From the NCBI GenBank assembly GCA_027623195.1, contig JAQBUT010000013.1, positions 1-64,000 on the forward strand: a DNA stretch of 64,000 bases. The letters run 5' to 3'. The number at the start of each line of letters is the position of its first letter. Position 1 is the stretch's first letter. The DNA is from Chloroflexota bacterium. Lineage in GTDB: Bacteria; Chloroflexota; Dehalococcoidia; Lucifugimonadales; JADFKI01. This document shows, piece after piece, positions 19,620 to 28,210 of the stretch. The position numbers and the translations under genes are program-made. Under the pieces are notes generated by a model. That model was not told the DNA's origin, did not search any database, and saw nothing but the letters and a program-made list of their open reading frames with translations.

Positions 19620-21038
19620 TTACCCCAACGAAACACCACCGAGACCTGGCTCCGTCATTGTCGTCGGGTCCAGAATTTCGTCAAGCTGCTCTGCCGACAG
19701 GTTGGTTTTGACCAACGCCACCTCTTTCACGGTCTGCCCTGTCATCTGAGCCTCGTGTGCGAGGGCGGCCGAGGCGTCGTAGCCAATGTGCGGCACCAAA
19801 GTGGTCACTATGGCTAGTCCACGGTCCACCATGTCCGGCCCCTTCTGTGTGGCCTTCAGTCCTCGAACGCACTGCTCATCCAGGTTCCTGGCCGCCGCCG
19901 CTAGAAGGTCTATTGACTGCAACAGGTTGTAGGCGCAGACGGGCATCATCACGTTTATCTCGAAGTTACCCGATTGCCCCCCCACAGTAATGGCAGCGTC
20001 GTTCCCTATGACGTGGGCTGCCACCTGGCATACGGACTCCGGAATTACCGGGTTCACCTTGCCGGGCATTATGGAACTGCCGGGCTGTACCTCCGGAAGC
20101 TCGATCTCACCGATGCCAGCTCTCGGTCCCGACCCTAGCCAGCGGATGTCGTTGCATATCTTCATGAGGCTTACGGCCACTGTCTTGAGCGCTCCACTGG
20201 CCTCAACCACATTGTCCAATGTGTTCTGAGCCTGGAAGTGGTTTGTCGTTTCATGTACCTCCACGCCCAGCATATCGGTTAGCCTGGCGCAGACCTTCTT
20301 CGCGAAGTCCGGGTGGGTATTCACTCCCGTGCCAACTGCGGTGCCGCCCAGAGCGACCTCCGAAAGCTCCTCCTGGGCGTGGCGCACCCGCCTGATAGCC
20401 CGCTCCATCTGGCCTGCATGTCCCAGGAACTCCTGGCCAAGCCATATGGGCGTGGCGTCTTGCAGGTGAGTCCTGCCGGTCTTGATTACGGTCATGAACT
20501 CTTTGGACTTAATCTCCAGCCCCTGTTGTAGCTGCTTAAGCGCGGGCACAAGATCGTCGTTGATGGCCCTGAGGGCGGATACGTGAATGGCGGTGGGAAT
20601 AACGTCATTGGACGACTGACCGATGTTCACATGATCGTTAGGATGCACGGGCGTGCGAGAGCCAAGCACCCCGCCCATGATCTCGATGGCCCTGTTTGAT
20701 ATGACCTCGTTGACGTTCATGTTGGTGGATGTGCCGGACCCGGTCTGGAATATATCCACGACGAACTGGTCGTCCAGCTTTCCGTCGACAACCTCCTGGG
20801 CAGCCTGAGTTATGGCATTCTTCAGGTCCTCGGGCAGCAGGCCAAGTTCGGCATTCGTCTGGGCAGCGGCCATCTTGATCTGCCCCAGCGCCCGGATGAA
20901 CGAGCGGGGAAACCGAAGGTTGCTAATGGGGAAGTTGAGCACTGCCCGCATGGTGTTAGCGCCGTAGTATACGTCGGCCGGGACCTGGAACTCTCCCATG
21001 GAGTCGCGCTCGGTACGGAATTTGCCCTGCTCAGTCAA
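19620..21038 (-). CDS. fumC: Class II fumarate hydratase
   Basis: RTERDSMG, QTGSGTSTNMN, HPNDHVN, GRTHLQDA, GSSIMPGKVNP. Confidence 0.95.
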   Translation of the reverse strand: MTEQGKFRTERDSMGEFQVPADVYYGANTMRAVLNFPISNLRFPRSFIRALGQIKMAAAQTNAELGLLPEDLKNAITQAAQEVVDGKLDDQFVVDIFQTGSGTSTNMNVNEVISNRAIEIMGGVLGSRTPVHPNDHVNIGQSSNDVIPTAIHVSALRAINDDLVPALKQLQQGLEIKSKEFMTVIKTGRTHLQDATPIWLGQEFLGHAGQMERAIRRVRHAQEELSEVALGGTAVGTGVNTHPDFAKKVCARLTDMLGVEVHETTNHFQAQNTLDNVVEASGALKTVAVSLMKICNDIRWLGSGPRAGIGEIELPEVQPGSSIMPGKVNPVIPESVCQVAAHVIGNDAAITVGGQSGNFEINVMMPVCAYNLLQSIDLLAAAARNLDEQCVRGLKATQKGPDMVDRGLAIVTTLVPHIGYDASAALAHEAQMTGQTVKEVALVKTNLSAEQLDEILDPTTMTEPGLGGVSLG

Positions 21039-21176
21039 TTTATTGTCCTTTCAATTTAGTCTGCTTATCCAGCACGCTGAATCGCAAAACAATTGGTCGG
21101 TCCGCTAAACGATTATGTCCTTGGATTGATATGCAGTTTCTTAAAGGAAGATTGTTTGGCCCATTGATGGAAAAAA

Positions 21177-21815
21177 TTAAACGGTGGTTGCCATGAACTG
21201 CACGGTTCGGTCAGCAATCTCCTGTTCGTGGCCTCTCAGGCTATGATCGGTTTCGGGTATCTCTCTAAACTGAACCGGCTCTCGGACCTCATCTAGTTCT
21301 CGCTGCAACTCCGCCGAGTCCACGATGCGGTCGTTTTGCCCCACTATGAAAAGCTTCGGCCTCTTGTCACCGCGTATGGGGGATGCTTGGACAGCCGAGA
21401 TGGGCGGTGCGATTAAGATCAGGCTTGCAGCGTGCTTGTAGTTCCGCAGTCCCCGCAGTATGACGCCAGCGCCAAAGGAGTAGCCGACCAAGGCAATGCG
21501 CTTCTTATCGATTCCAGGCCAGTTGCGGGCCAGGTTCAGCGCAGCCTTGACGTCTTCCTGCTCCGTCTCCCCGTTGGTGAACTGCCCTTCGCTGCCCTCG
21601 ACGCCCCGGAAGTTGAAGCGCAGCGTGGCAATGCCCAATCGGTCCGCGTTGGTGCATATCGCCGTTACGATTGGACTATCCATGTTACCCCGCAGAGTCG
21701 GGTGGGGATGGCAGACCACCAGCATCGGGTAGGGCTGAGCGAAGTCCTCCGGCGTCGACAGTATCCCCTCAAGGGCTGCCTTTTTGCTTTCAAATCCTAC
21801 GGCTGTCTGTCTCAT
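21177..21815 (-). CDS. Alpha/beta hydrolase (paralog 2)
   Basis: CHPHP, RFNFRGV.GSEG, GYSFG, GQND, DH. Confidence 0.88.
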   Translation of the reverse strand: MRQTAVGFESKKAALEGILSTPEDFAQPYPMLVVCHPHPTLRGNMDSPIVTAICTNADRLGIATLRFNFRGVEGSEGQFTNGETEQEDVKAALNLARNWPGIDKKRIALVGYSFGAGVILRGLRNYKHAASLILIAPPISAVQASPIRGDKRPKLFIVGQNDRIVDSAELQRELDEVREPVQFREIPETDHSLRGHEQEIADRTVQFMATTV

Positions 21816-21822
21816 GCCGCCC

Positions 21823-22491
21823 CTACTGCACTTTGCCTTGATATTGCTGGCACAGCCACTCCTGAAAGAAATTGCCGGTCAATTCGCCAATGACGTCCAG
21901 GGAATTTGCAAAAAAATGGTCGGCGCCCTGGATCAGCTCTATCTGCTTTGGGTCCGAGAATCGCTTTGCAAGAAAGCCGAACTGAGCCGCCGGAAAATCA
22001 TGGTCGAACTCGCCGCAGATCAGGAGCTTCGGGTGAAGCATCTCATGGGCGCCCATCTCGTTGAAGACTCGGGAAGGGCAGGCTATGGACGCGATTGCCT
22101 GCGTCACTTCACCGTATGTCGACGCAATTAAGGCCACCGCTGCACCGAAGGAGTACCCAGCCAGCCCTATCCGGCTGGGGTCCACCTCGTCCTGTAAGGA
22201 TAGGAAGCTGAGCGCCTCCACAGCGTCGCTGATTTCACCGGAACCTTCGTCGAAGGAGCCCTCGCTCAGTCCAACGCCACGAAAATTGAAGCGCAGGGCC
22301 GCGATACCCGCCTCGCCAAGGTAGCGCACCAAGGCTGACACCACCGCGTTATCCATGTCGCCACCGTGCCTCGGATGTGGATGGCAGATCACCACTGCGG
22401 GGAGGCTGTCGCCGTCGTTCGGGAGGTGCAGCACTCCCTCCAGGGTTATGTCGCCGTTGGTGAAGCTGATATTTCTCTGTGATTTTGTCAT
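21823..22491 (-). CDS. Alpha/beta hydrolase (paralog 1)
   Basis: CHPHPRHGGDMDN, RFNFRGVG.SEG, GYSFG, GEFD, GADHFF. Start chosen at MTKSQR. Confidence 0.88.
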   Translation of the reverse strand: MTKSQRNISFTNGDITLEGVLHLPNDGDSLPAVVICHPHPRHGGDMDNAVVSALVRYLGEAGIAALRFNFRGVGLSEGSFDEGSGEISDAVEALSFLSLQDEVDPSRIGLAGYSFGAAVALIASTYGEVTQAIASIACPSRVFNEMGAHEMLHPKLLICGEFDHDFPAAQFGFLAKRFSDPKQIELIQGADHFFANSLDVIGELTGNFFQEWLCQQYQGKVQ

Positions 22492-22709
22492 TATTCGAAA
22501 GTTTGGCAAGCCTCTTTTACTGGGCCGCAAGCCAGTCAATCTTACGGTGAAGGGTTGGCTTTTGACAAGCAGGATTGTTAGAATTGGCGCAGTTACAGGC
22601 GCGGCGCAAACAACTAAAGCTCCTGACAGGTTCGCCTGGAAACGGCCCTATTGCCCCTGTGCGATAATTACTCTATCGAAAGATATTCCATCAACATTTG
22701 GAGGAAGAC

Positions 22710-23750
22710 ATGCGAGAGGTTGACCTGCGTAGCGACACCGTAACCAAACCGACGCCCGAGATGCGGAAAGCGATGGCCGAGGCTGAGGTGGGCGACGACG
22801 TCTTCAGCGACGACCCCACGCTGAACAGGCTGGAGGCGATGGCTGCGGAGCGTTTGGGCAAAGAGGCGGCCGTATTCGTCGCCAGCGGCACCATGGGCAA
22901 CCTTGTTTCGGTGTTGACTCACTCCCAGCGCGGCGATGAGATCATCGTGGGGGACAAGTGCCACATATTCAGAAGCGAGGCTGGCGGCGCGTCCGCTCTA
23001 GGCGGCGTGGCCTATAACATTCTGCCCAACGACGAGCGAGGCATGCTGGACCCTGATCAGGTGGAGGCAGCTATCAAGCCGCCTAACGTGCACTTCACCC
23101 GCACAGCCATGATCGGTCTTGAGAATACCCACAACGCCTGTGGAGGCTCCGCCCTGACGCCGGAAGACACCAAGGCCATAGCAGATGTGGCACATCGGCA
23201 CGAGATTCCGCTGCACGTGGACGGCGCTCGTATATTCAACGCGTCGGTGGCGCTGGAGACGCCAGTGGCCGAGCTGGTCAAGGACGCCGACACGGTCACC
23301 TTCTGCCTTTCCAAAGGCCTGAGCTGCCCGATAGGCTCTATCATCGTAGGCAGTTCGCAATTCATCGACGGAGCGCGCAAGTGGCGCAAGATGGTCGGCG
23401 GCGGAATGCGACAGGTGGGCATCGTTGCGGCTGCGGGCATCGTCGCGCTGGACACCATGGTGGATCGCCTCGCCGAGGACCACGCCAACGCACGCAAACT
23501 GGCTCAAGGGCTGGCCCAGATTCCTGGCATTTCCATAGAGCCGGACAAGATGTACTCGAACCTGGTCTTTTTCGATATCAAAGACGGCGACCCGGCGGTG
23601 ATAATGCAGGAGATCAACAAGCGCGGGGTTAAGGGCGGCATGCCCACTCGGTCCTGGCGTTTCGTGACCCACTACGGCATCACGCCGGACGATATCGACT
23701 ACACGTTGGAAGTCATGGAGACCGTCATGCGTGATTTTTCCAGAAACTGA
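22710..23750 (+). CDS. ltaE: Low-specificity L-threonine aldolase
   Basis: DLRSDTVT, GDDV, SGTMGN, ENTHN, HVDGARIFNA, CLSKGL, GGGMRQ; SD GGAGG. Confidence 0.93.
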   Translation: MREVDLRSDTVTKPTPEMRKAMAEAEVGDDVFSDDPTLNRLEAMAAERLGKEAAVFVASGTMGNLVSVLTHSQRGDEIIVGDKCHIFRSEAGGASALGGVAYNILPNDERGMLDPDQVEAAIKPPNVHFTRTAMIGLENTHNACGGSALTPEDTKAIADVAHRHEIPLHVDGARIFNASVALETPVAELVKDADTVTFCLSKGLSCPIGSIIVGSSQFIDGARKWRKMVGGGMRQVGIVAAAGIVALDTMVDRLAEDHANARKLAQGLAQIPGISIEPDKMYSNLVFFDIKDGDPAVIMQEINKRGVKGGMPTRSWRFVTHYGITPDDIDYTLEVMETVMRDFSRN

Positions 23751-23776
23751 ATCAAACCCAGGGACCACCATTAGGG

Positions 23777-23817
23777 AGAGGCAGGTCAACCTAAACTGAC
23801 CTGCCTCTTTCCTATTT
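23777..23817 (+). terminator. Intrinsic terminator after ltaE
   Basis: 12-bp stem AGAGGCAGGTCA/TGACCTGCCTCT followed by TTCCTATTT. Confidence 0.7.
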
Positions 23818-23933
23818 CGCCCAATACAATTTCAGGCAAGGTTCGTGGTGAGTGCTGATTTCATCTAGTATCCTCGACGGAGTGGTGACTTGTAGCACCG
23901 AATGTCATACGAAGCACATTCCTTAAAGGTTCC

Positions 23934-25154
23934 ATGCTCTTAGTCTTTCGAAATGCCCGGTTCCGCCTGCTGTGGATAAGCGTAATCATCAACTACGTTG
24001 GCCTGATGACGTACTTCACGGTGCACGGTTGGCTTGCCCTTACCGTAAGCGATTCGGCATTCTGGGTAGGCGCAACTGCTGGAGTTAGCGGGCTGGGACT
24101 CATGGGATGCAGCGTCGTATCCGGCGTGCTGGTGGACAGGCTTAACCGCAAGAAGCTGATCATTGCCGCGCAGCTAGCTCAGGCCACGATGGCTCTGACC
24201 CTGGCGGTTCTGATCTTTACCGATCAGGTGGTGCTTTGGCACGTGATGCTGGTGGCGTTTCTCGACGGCACCTTCATGGCCATAAAAATCCCGTCGCGGT
24301 TTGCGCTGGTTCTGGATGTGGCAGGCCGCGAGAACTTGCTGAAGGGCACTGCCGCCAACTTCGCCGCCATGACGATGATGGGCATAGCAATTCCGCCTTT
24401 GGCCGGGTATATCGTTGGCGCGCACGACATAGCATGGGCCTACGTTATGATGAGCAGCGCCTTTGTCGTTTCCGCCATCGTCCTGGCGTTCCTTAGCGGC
24501 GTCACGCCCATAGTGCGCGCACGCATATCCTCTCCTCTGCAAGACTTGAAGCAGGGCTTTCGCTACGCCATCACAACGCCCCAGGTGAGGGCTTTGCTAC
24601 TGCTTACGCTTACGTCTGAAGCCTTCGGGTGGGCCCACGAGACGATGCTGCCTGTCATGGCGGGCAAGGTGCTGGAGGCTGGACCTCAAGGGCTGGGATA
24701 CCTGCTGTCAGCAGGCAGCGCGGGCGCGCTGGTCTCCACGCTGACAATGTCCAGCATGGGCGATATCAAGAATAAGGGCAGGGTGCTGATAGTGGGCTAC
24801 ATGGGATTCGGTTTTTTCTTGATCATGTTCTCCCAGTCGCCCTGGCTACCGCTGTCCATGTTACTAATCGGTTTGGCCTACGCCAGCGTGGCGGTGTACG
24901 AGACGACAGTTAGCACCTTGTTGCAGACCTCAGTCCCCGACGAGATGCGCGGGCGGGTGCTTAGCTTGCAGTCGCTTACCTGGGGCTTTACAGGCGCGTC
25001 AGGATTTCACACCGGAGCCATAGCAGCACTGGTGGGAGCGCCGCTGGCCATCTCCATAGGCGGTGGCATGCTCATCCTGAACGGCCTGCGTATGGTCCGC
25101 GGGATTGCCAGCCGATTCCAAGAGGCGCAGGTGGAGCCAGCGACCGGCGACTGA
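23934..25154 (+). CDS. MFS transporter (DHA3/EntS-like)
   Basis: GVLVDRLNRK, LQTSVPDEMRGRV, multiple TM segments. Confidence 0.9.
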   Translation: MLLVFRNARFRLLWISVIINYVGLMTYFTVHGWLALTVSDSAFWVGATAGVSGLGLMGCSVVSGVLVDRLNRKKLIIAAQLAQATMALTLAVLIFTDQVVLWHVMLVAFLDGTFMAIKIPSRFALVLDVAGRENLLKGTAANFAAMTMMGIAIPPLAGYIVGAHDIAWAYVMMSSAFVVSAIVLAFLSGVTPIVRARISSPLQDLKQGFRYAITTPQVRALLLLTLTSEAFGWAHETMLPVMAGKVLEAGPQGLGYLLSAGSAGALVSTLTMSSMGDIKNKGRVLIVGYMGFGFFLIMFSQSPWLPLSMLLIGLAYASVAVYETTVSTLLQTSVPDEMRGRVLSLQSLTWGFTGASGFHTGAIAALVGAPLAISIGGGMLILNGLRMVRGIASRFQEAQVEPATGD

Positions 25155-25190
25155 GGCCGCAGCACTACGATTATACGGACGTACAGAAAA

Positions 25191-25386
25191 CTACTGAGGT
25201 ACTCGGTCCGCGTTGTTGACGATTACTTCTGATGGGGCTTCTCCGAGGCCCTGCCTCCGCATTCAAGGTCAGTGGCTCATCATCTCGCTCATGGCCCTGG
25301 TTATAGGGGATGCTTTTCGTCGCTATGGCGACTAGCATTCCACCTAGTATTGCGCCGCCAAGTACTGATGCAAGATACCTTTTCAT
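25191..25386 (-). other. Cryptic small membrane-anchored Met-rich protein with a +1 frameshift and two in-frame UGAs (candidate U-P-U selenoprotein or pseudogene)
   Basis: MKRYLASVLGGAILGGMLVAIATKSIP, then +1 at CCCC (25306-25309), then ITRAMSEMMSH-UGA-P-UGA-MRRQGLGEAPSEVIVNNADRVPQ-TAG. Hairpin at 25235-25251 follows the UGAs. Confidence 0.5.
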
Positions 25387-25399
25387 TTCGGGCCTGCCT

Positions 25400-25651
25400 T
25401 TATGCGTGCCTGATTCCTCCCCGGAGAGAGTCCTGCAACTCCTCAAACTGCTCGGTGGTAATCTCGCCACGAGCAAGTCTTAACCGGAGAATATCCATTG
25501 GGGTCTCTCCGGAATCTGGGGGCGTATTCTTGGAGCTAACGAGTTTGGAGACTCCCCATATACCCAGTCCTATTACCGCGACCCAGAACAGCATCATGCC
25601 CATGCCAAAAAACGGCATCCACCACTGAAATCCTTGCTGAAAACCCCACAT
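25400..25651 (-). CDS. SHOCT-domain small membrane protein
   Basis: Met/Trp/Gly-rich N-terminus, one TM helix, SHOCT motif PMDILRLRLARGEITTEQFEE; SD AAGGAG. Confidence 0.88.
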   Translation of the reverse strand: MWGFQQGFQWWMPFFGMGMMLFWVAVIGLGIWGVSKLVSSKNTPPDSGETPMDILRLRLARGEITTEQFEELQDSLRGGIRHA

Positions 25652-25758
25652 TACCTGCTCCTTCGTGCCCTCGGAGTCATATCTGTATCGGAAGTTCGGC
25701 CTGTTTTAGACTCCGCCAGATGGCGCATTAGCCTAACATCAATTCTCGTCGGTTTGGT

Positions 25759-25806
25759 ATGAAGGAATCATGAGGAAACCGACAAATGCATGAAGATGTC
25801 GTGAAA
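25759..25806. promoter_or_regulatory. Two OmpR-family-type direct-repeat boxes
   Basis: ATGAAG-N5-ATGAGG (25759-25775) and ATGAAG-N5-GTGAAA (25790-25806), with 11-bp periodicity, upstream of the SHOCT gene. Confidence 0.55.
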
Positions 25807-25976
25807 TTCAGGGAATCAGAGGCAAGTTCCTTGAAATGCGCCGCCACTACATAGAGCGCTGCACCGAACGCTTCGCCCCGCCCATGACCGAAGAGGAGGA
25901 GCGAAAGCTTGCGGCGTAGGGCTGCACGGGGGCGAAGTGGTCAGTGGTTACACATGATGGCCGATCGAGGTTGTGT

Positions 25977-26738
25977 TTACTCGCTGCAATCATTGGGCAA
26001 TAGATAATGTGGCAGAATCGGACTGTTAGCTGTCAGCATGATCGTAGAAAGCCACATCAAATGATCAAAGGCAACTGAGTTCGATCGGTATGATTGCCAA
26101 CCTGGAAGTGCTTCCCCTTGCTCATCGACGAGATGAAGTGTACCGCTACCATCGCCGTAGTCAATAACAGAGCCCCTGTCCATAACAAAAATTCCATCGA
26201 GAATTTCGTTTGAAGAAACGGAATTGTCCGACATGTAGCCTTCAACGGACCCTTTTATCGCGTCGAGGCTAACCTGAGATTCAAAGGCAAATATGAACCA
26301 AGGCGGATGACCTAAGAATCTTGAGCTATCATCGCCATTTGACATCAGTATTCCTGTAAAAGGAGCGGCCTGTAACTGTTTGAATCGGCGGGATTTATCG
26401 ATGGATTCGGTCAATTCGGTACTTGTCAAATTTGTCTTAATCTCTCCTGCTGCTGATATGCCTTCTATGAAGAATAGACCGGGCTGGTCAGGTGTGAACG
26501 TAAATGGATGGTCTTCGGTTACGACCACAACGTCGGTTTGTGCCGAAGTATTGCCGTGGCTGTCGATTATCTCCCCATGGCCAATCTCTAGCCTCCGAGG
26601 GAGGTAATCGCGTAAAAATCTGCGAAATGTTTTCTCGACAGATTCTCCTTTGTTTCCGGCATGGTTGAAGGTAGCTCGCACCTCTTCGAGCCGGGCCTTC
26701 ATCTGTTTCTCTACCGCATCTATCTTGTCTTTCATCAT
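25977..26738 (-). CDS. DUF6602-like putative PD-(D/E)xK nuclease
   Basis: H.GNKGESVE..FLRDYLP..GEIIDS.G..SAQTDVVV..GEIKTNL; visibly more AT-rich than its neighbours. Confidence 0.7.
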   Translation of the reverse strand: MMKDKIDAVEKQMKARLEEVRATFNHAGNKGESVEKTFRRFLRDYLPRRLEIGHGEIIDSHGNTSAQTDVVVVTEDHPFTFTPDQPGLFFIEGISAAGEIKTNLTSTELTESIDKSRRFKQLQAAPFTGILMSNGDDSSRFLGHPPWFIFAFESQVSLDAIKGSVEGYMSDNSVSSNEILDGIFVMDRGSVIDYGDGSGTLHLVDEQGEALPGWQSYRSNSVAFDHLMWLSTIMLTANSPILPHYLLPNDCSE

Positions 26739-26759
26739 GGGAATACCCTCAATTCATCG

Positions 26760-28094
26760 TTAGTGGTCTCTATTCCCATCCCCCCACCAGCGCTTCAATC
26801 TTTCCGCCACCTCGGGTTCGTAGCCCTGGTCGCCGGGGTTGTAGTAGCGGCGGCCCTTGATGCTCTCGGGCAGGTTCTGCATGGGTGCGAAGTTGTCCTC
26901 GTAGTCGTGGGAGTACTTGTAGCCGTCGCCGTAGCCCATGTCCTTCATCAGGCCCGTGGGGGCGTTGCGCAGGTGCATGGGAACCGGGTCGTTGCGCGTC
27001 TGCTGCACGTCCTCCATAGCCTTGTTTAGCGCCATGTACGAGGCGTTGCTCTTGGGAGCGGTGGCCAGGTAAACCGTTGCCTCCGCCAGGGGAATGCGGC
27101 CCTCCGGCAGGCCAATCAGGTGGTACGCCTGCTGCGCGGCCATTGCCACCGACAGCGCCCGAGGGTCCGCCATGCCAACGTCCTCCGCCGCCAGGATGAC
27201 CAGACGCCGTGCGATGAACATGGGGTCCTCGCCGGCCTCCAGCATGCGTGCCAGGTAGTAGACGGCCGCGTCCGGGTCCGAGCCGCGCACCGACTTTATG
27301 AAGGCAGATATGGTGTCGTAGTGCTGGTCGCCGCCCTTGTCGTAGCGCAGTGATCGTTGTTGCATGGCATCCTGTATCACCCCGACCGTGATCTTGCGGA
27401 CACCCTGGGCGTCGGGATTCGTGGCCGCCGTAGATAGCTCCAGGGCGTTGAGGGCCGTGCGTGCGTCGCCGTTGGCTAAATTTACGAGAAGGGCTGTGGC
27501 ATCCTCGTCCAGCAGAGGTTTGAGGTGAGCCAGGCCCCGCTGAGGCGTTGCAACCGCTTGGGAGATAATCTGAGAAATCTCATCGTCGGTCAGCGATTGC
27601 AGGGCGAAGACCCTGGCACGGGACAGCAGGGGAGACACCACCTCGAAGGAGGGGTTCTCAGTCGTCGCGCCGATGAGCACAAAAGTGCCTTCCTCCACGA
27701 AGGGCAGTATCACGTCCTGCTGTGCCTTGTTGAAGCGATGAATCTCGTCAACGAACAGCACGGTGCGCTGGCCGTGCATGCCCAGGCGCTCCCGGGCCTC
27801 GCCTGCGATGCGTCGTAAGTCGGCCACACCTGACGCCACGCCGCTGACCCTCTCGAACTGGCTCTTCGTTGCCGTGGCGATGAGGTTGGCCAGCGTAGTC
27901 TTCCCCGTGCCCGGAGGCCCCCAGAGGATTATGGAGGGGAGTTGGTCGGACTCGATGCTGCGTCGCAAGACGGTTTCGGGGCCAATGATGTGCTGCTGCC
28001 CCACGTACTCGTCGAAGGTGCTAGGTCGCATCCTGGCAGCCAGAGGGGCCCTGCTCTGCAACTCGCGTTGGCTTTGGTGTTCGAAAAGCGTCAT
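26760..28094 (-). CDS. rarA: Replication-associated recombination protein A
   Basis: APLAARMRP, WGPPGTGKTT, DEIHRFNKAQQD, ATTENPSF, SAFIKSVRGSDPDA, VPMHLRNAPT. The true start is MTLFE (28094), not 29102. Confidence 0.95.
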   Translation of the reverse strand: MTLFEHQSQRELQSRAPLAARMRPSTFDEYVGQQHIIGPETVLRRSIESDQLPSIILWGPPGTGKTTLANLIATATKSQFERVSGVASGVADLRRIAGEARERLGMHGQRTVLFVDEIHRFNKAQQDVILPFVEEGTFVLIGATTENPSFEVVSPLLSRARVFALQSLTDDEISQIISQAVATPQRGLAHLKPLLDEDATALLVNLANGDARTALNALELSTAATNPDAQGVRKITVGVIQDAMQQRSLRYDKGGDQHYDTISAFIKSVRGSDPDAAVYYLARMLEAGEDPMFIARRLVILAAEDVGMADPRALSVAMAAQQAYHLIGLPEGRIPLAEATVYLATAPKSNASYMALNKAMEDVQQTRNDPVPMHLRNAPTGLMKDMGYGDGYKYSHDYEDNFAPMQNLPESIKGRRYYNPGDQGYEPEVAERLKRWWGDGNRDH

Positions 28095-28210
28095 TTCTGA
28101 TGTCCTTAATGATATGTCTAACTGACCTGAGTGTAGCGAAAGCGGCGGCATAGGGGTAGGGGCGGGTTTCGCGGTAGCCTGAACCGTCGCCGTCCCCAGG
28201 TTGCAAACGA

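Noticed and set aside
22590..22650. ltaE leader with a CAGGCG/CGCCTG stem and GCAAAC, faintly like c-di-GMP-I or ZTP riboswitches
   Set aside because: The required conserved stems and motifs cannot be built by eye. An Rfam search would be needed.
25171..25476. 101-aa ORF as called by the track
   Set aside because: Its first 30 codons overlap the SHOCT gene and its C-terminal half looks non-coding. It is reinterpreted as the 25386-start frameshifted gene, though that remains unproven.
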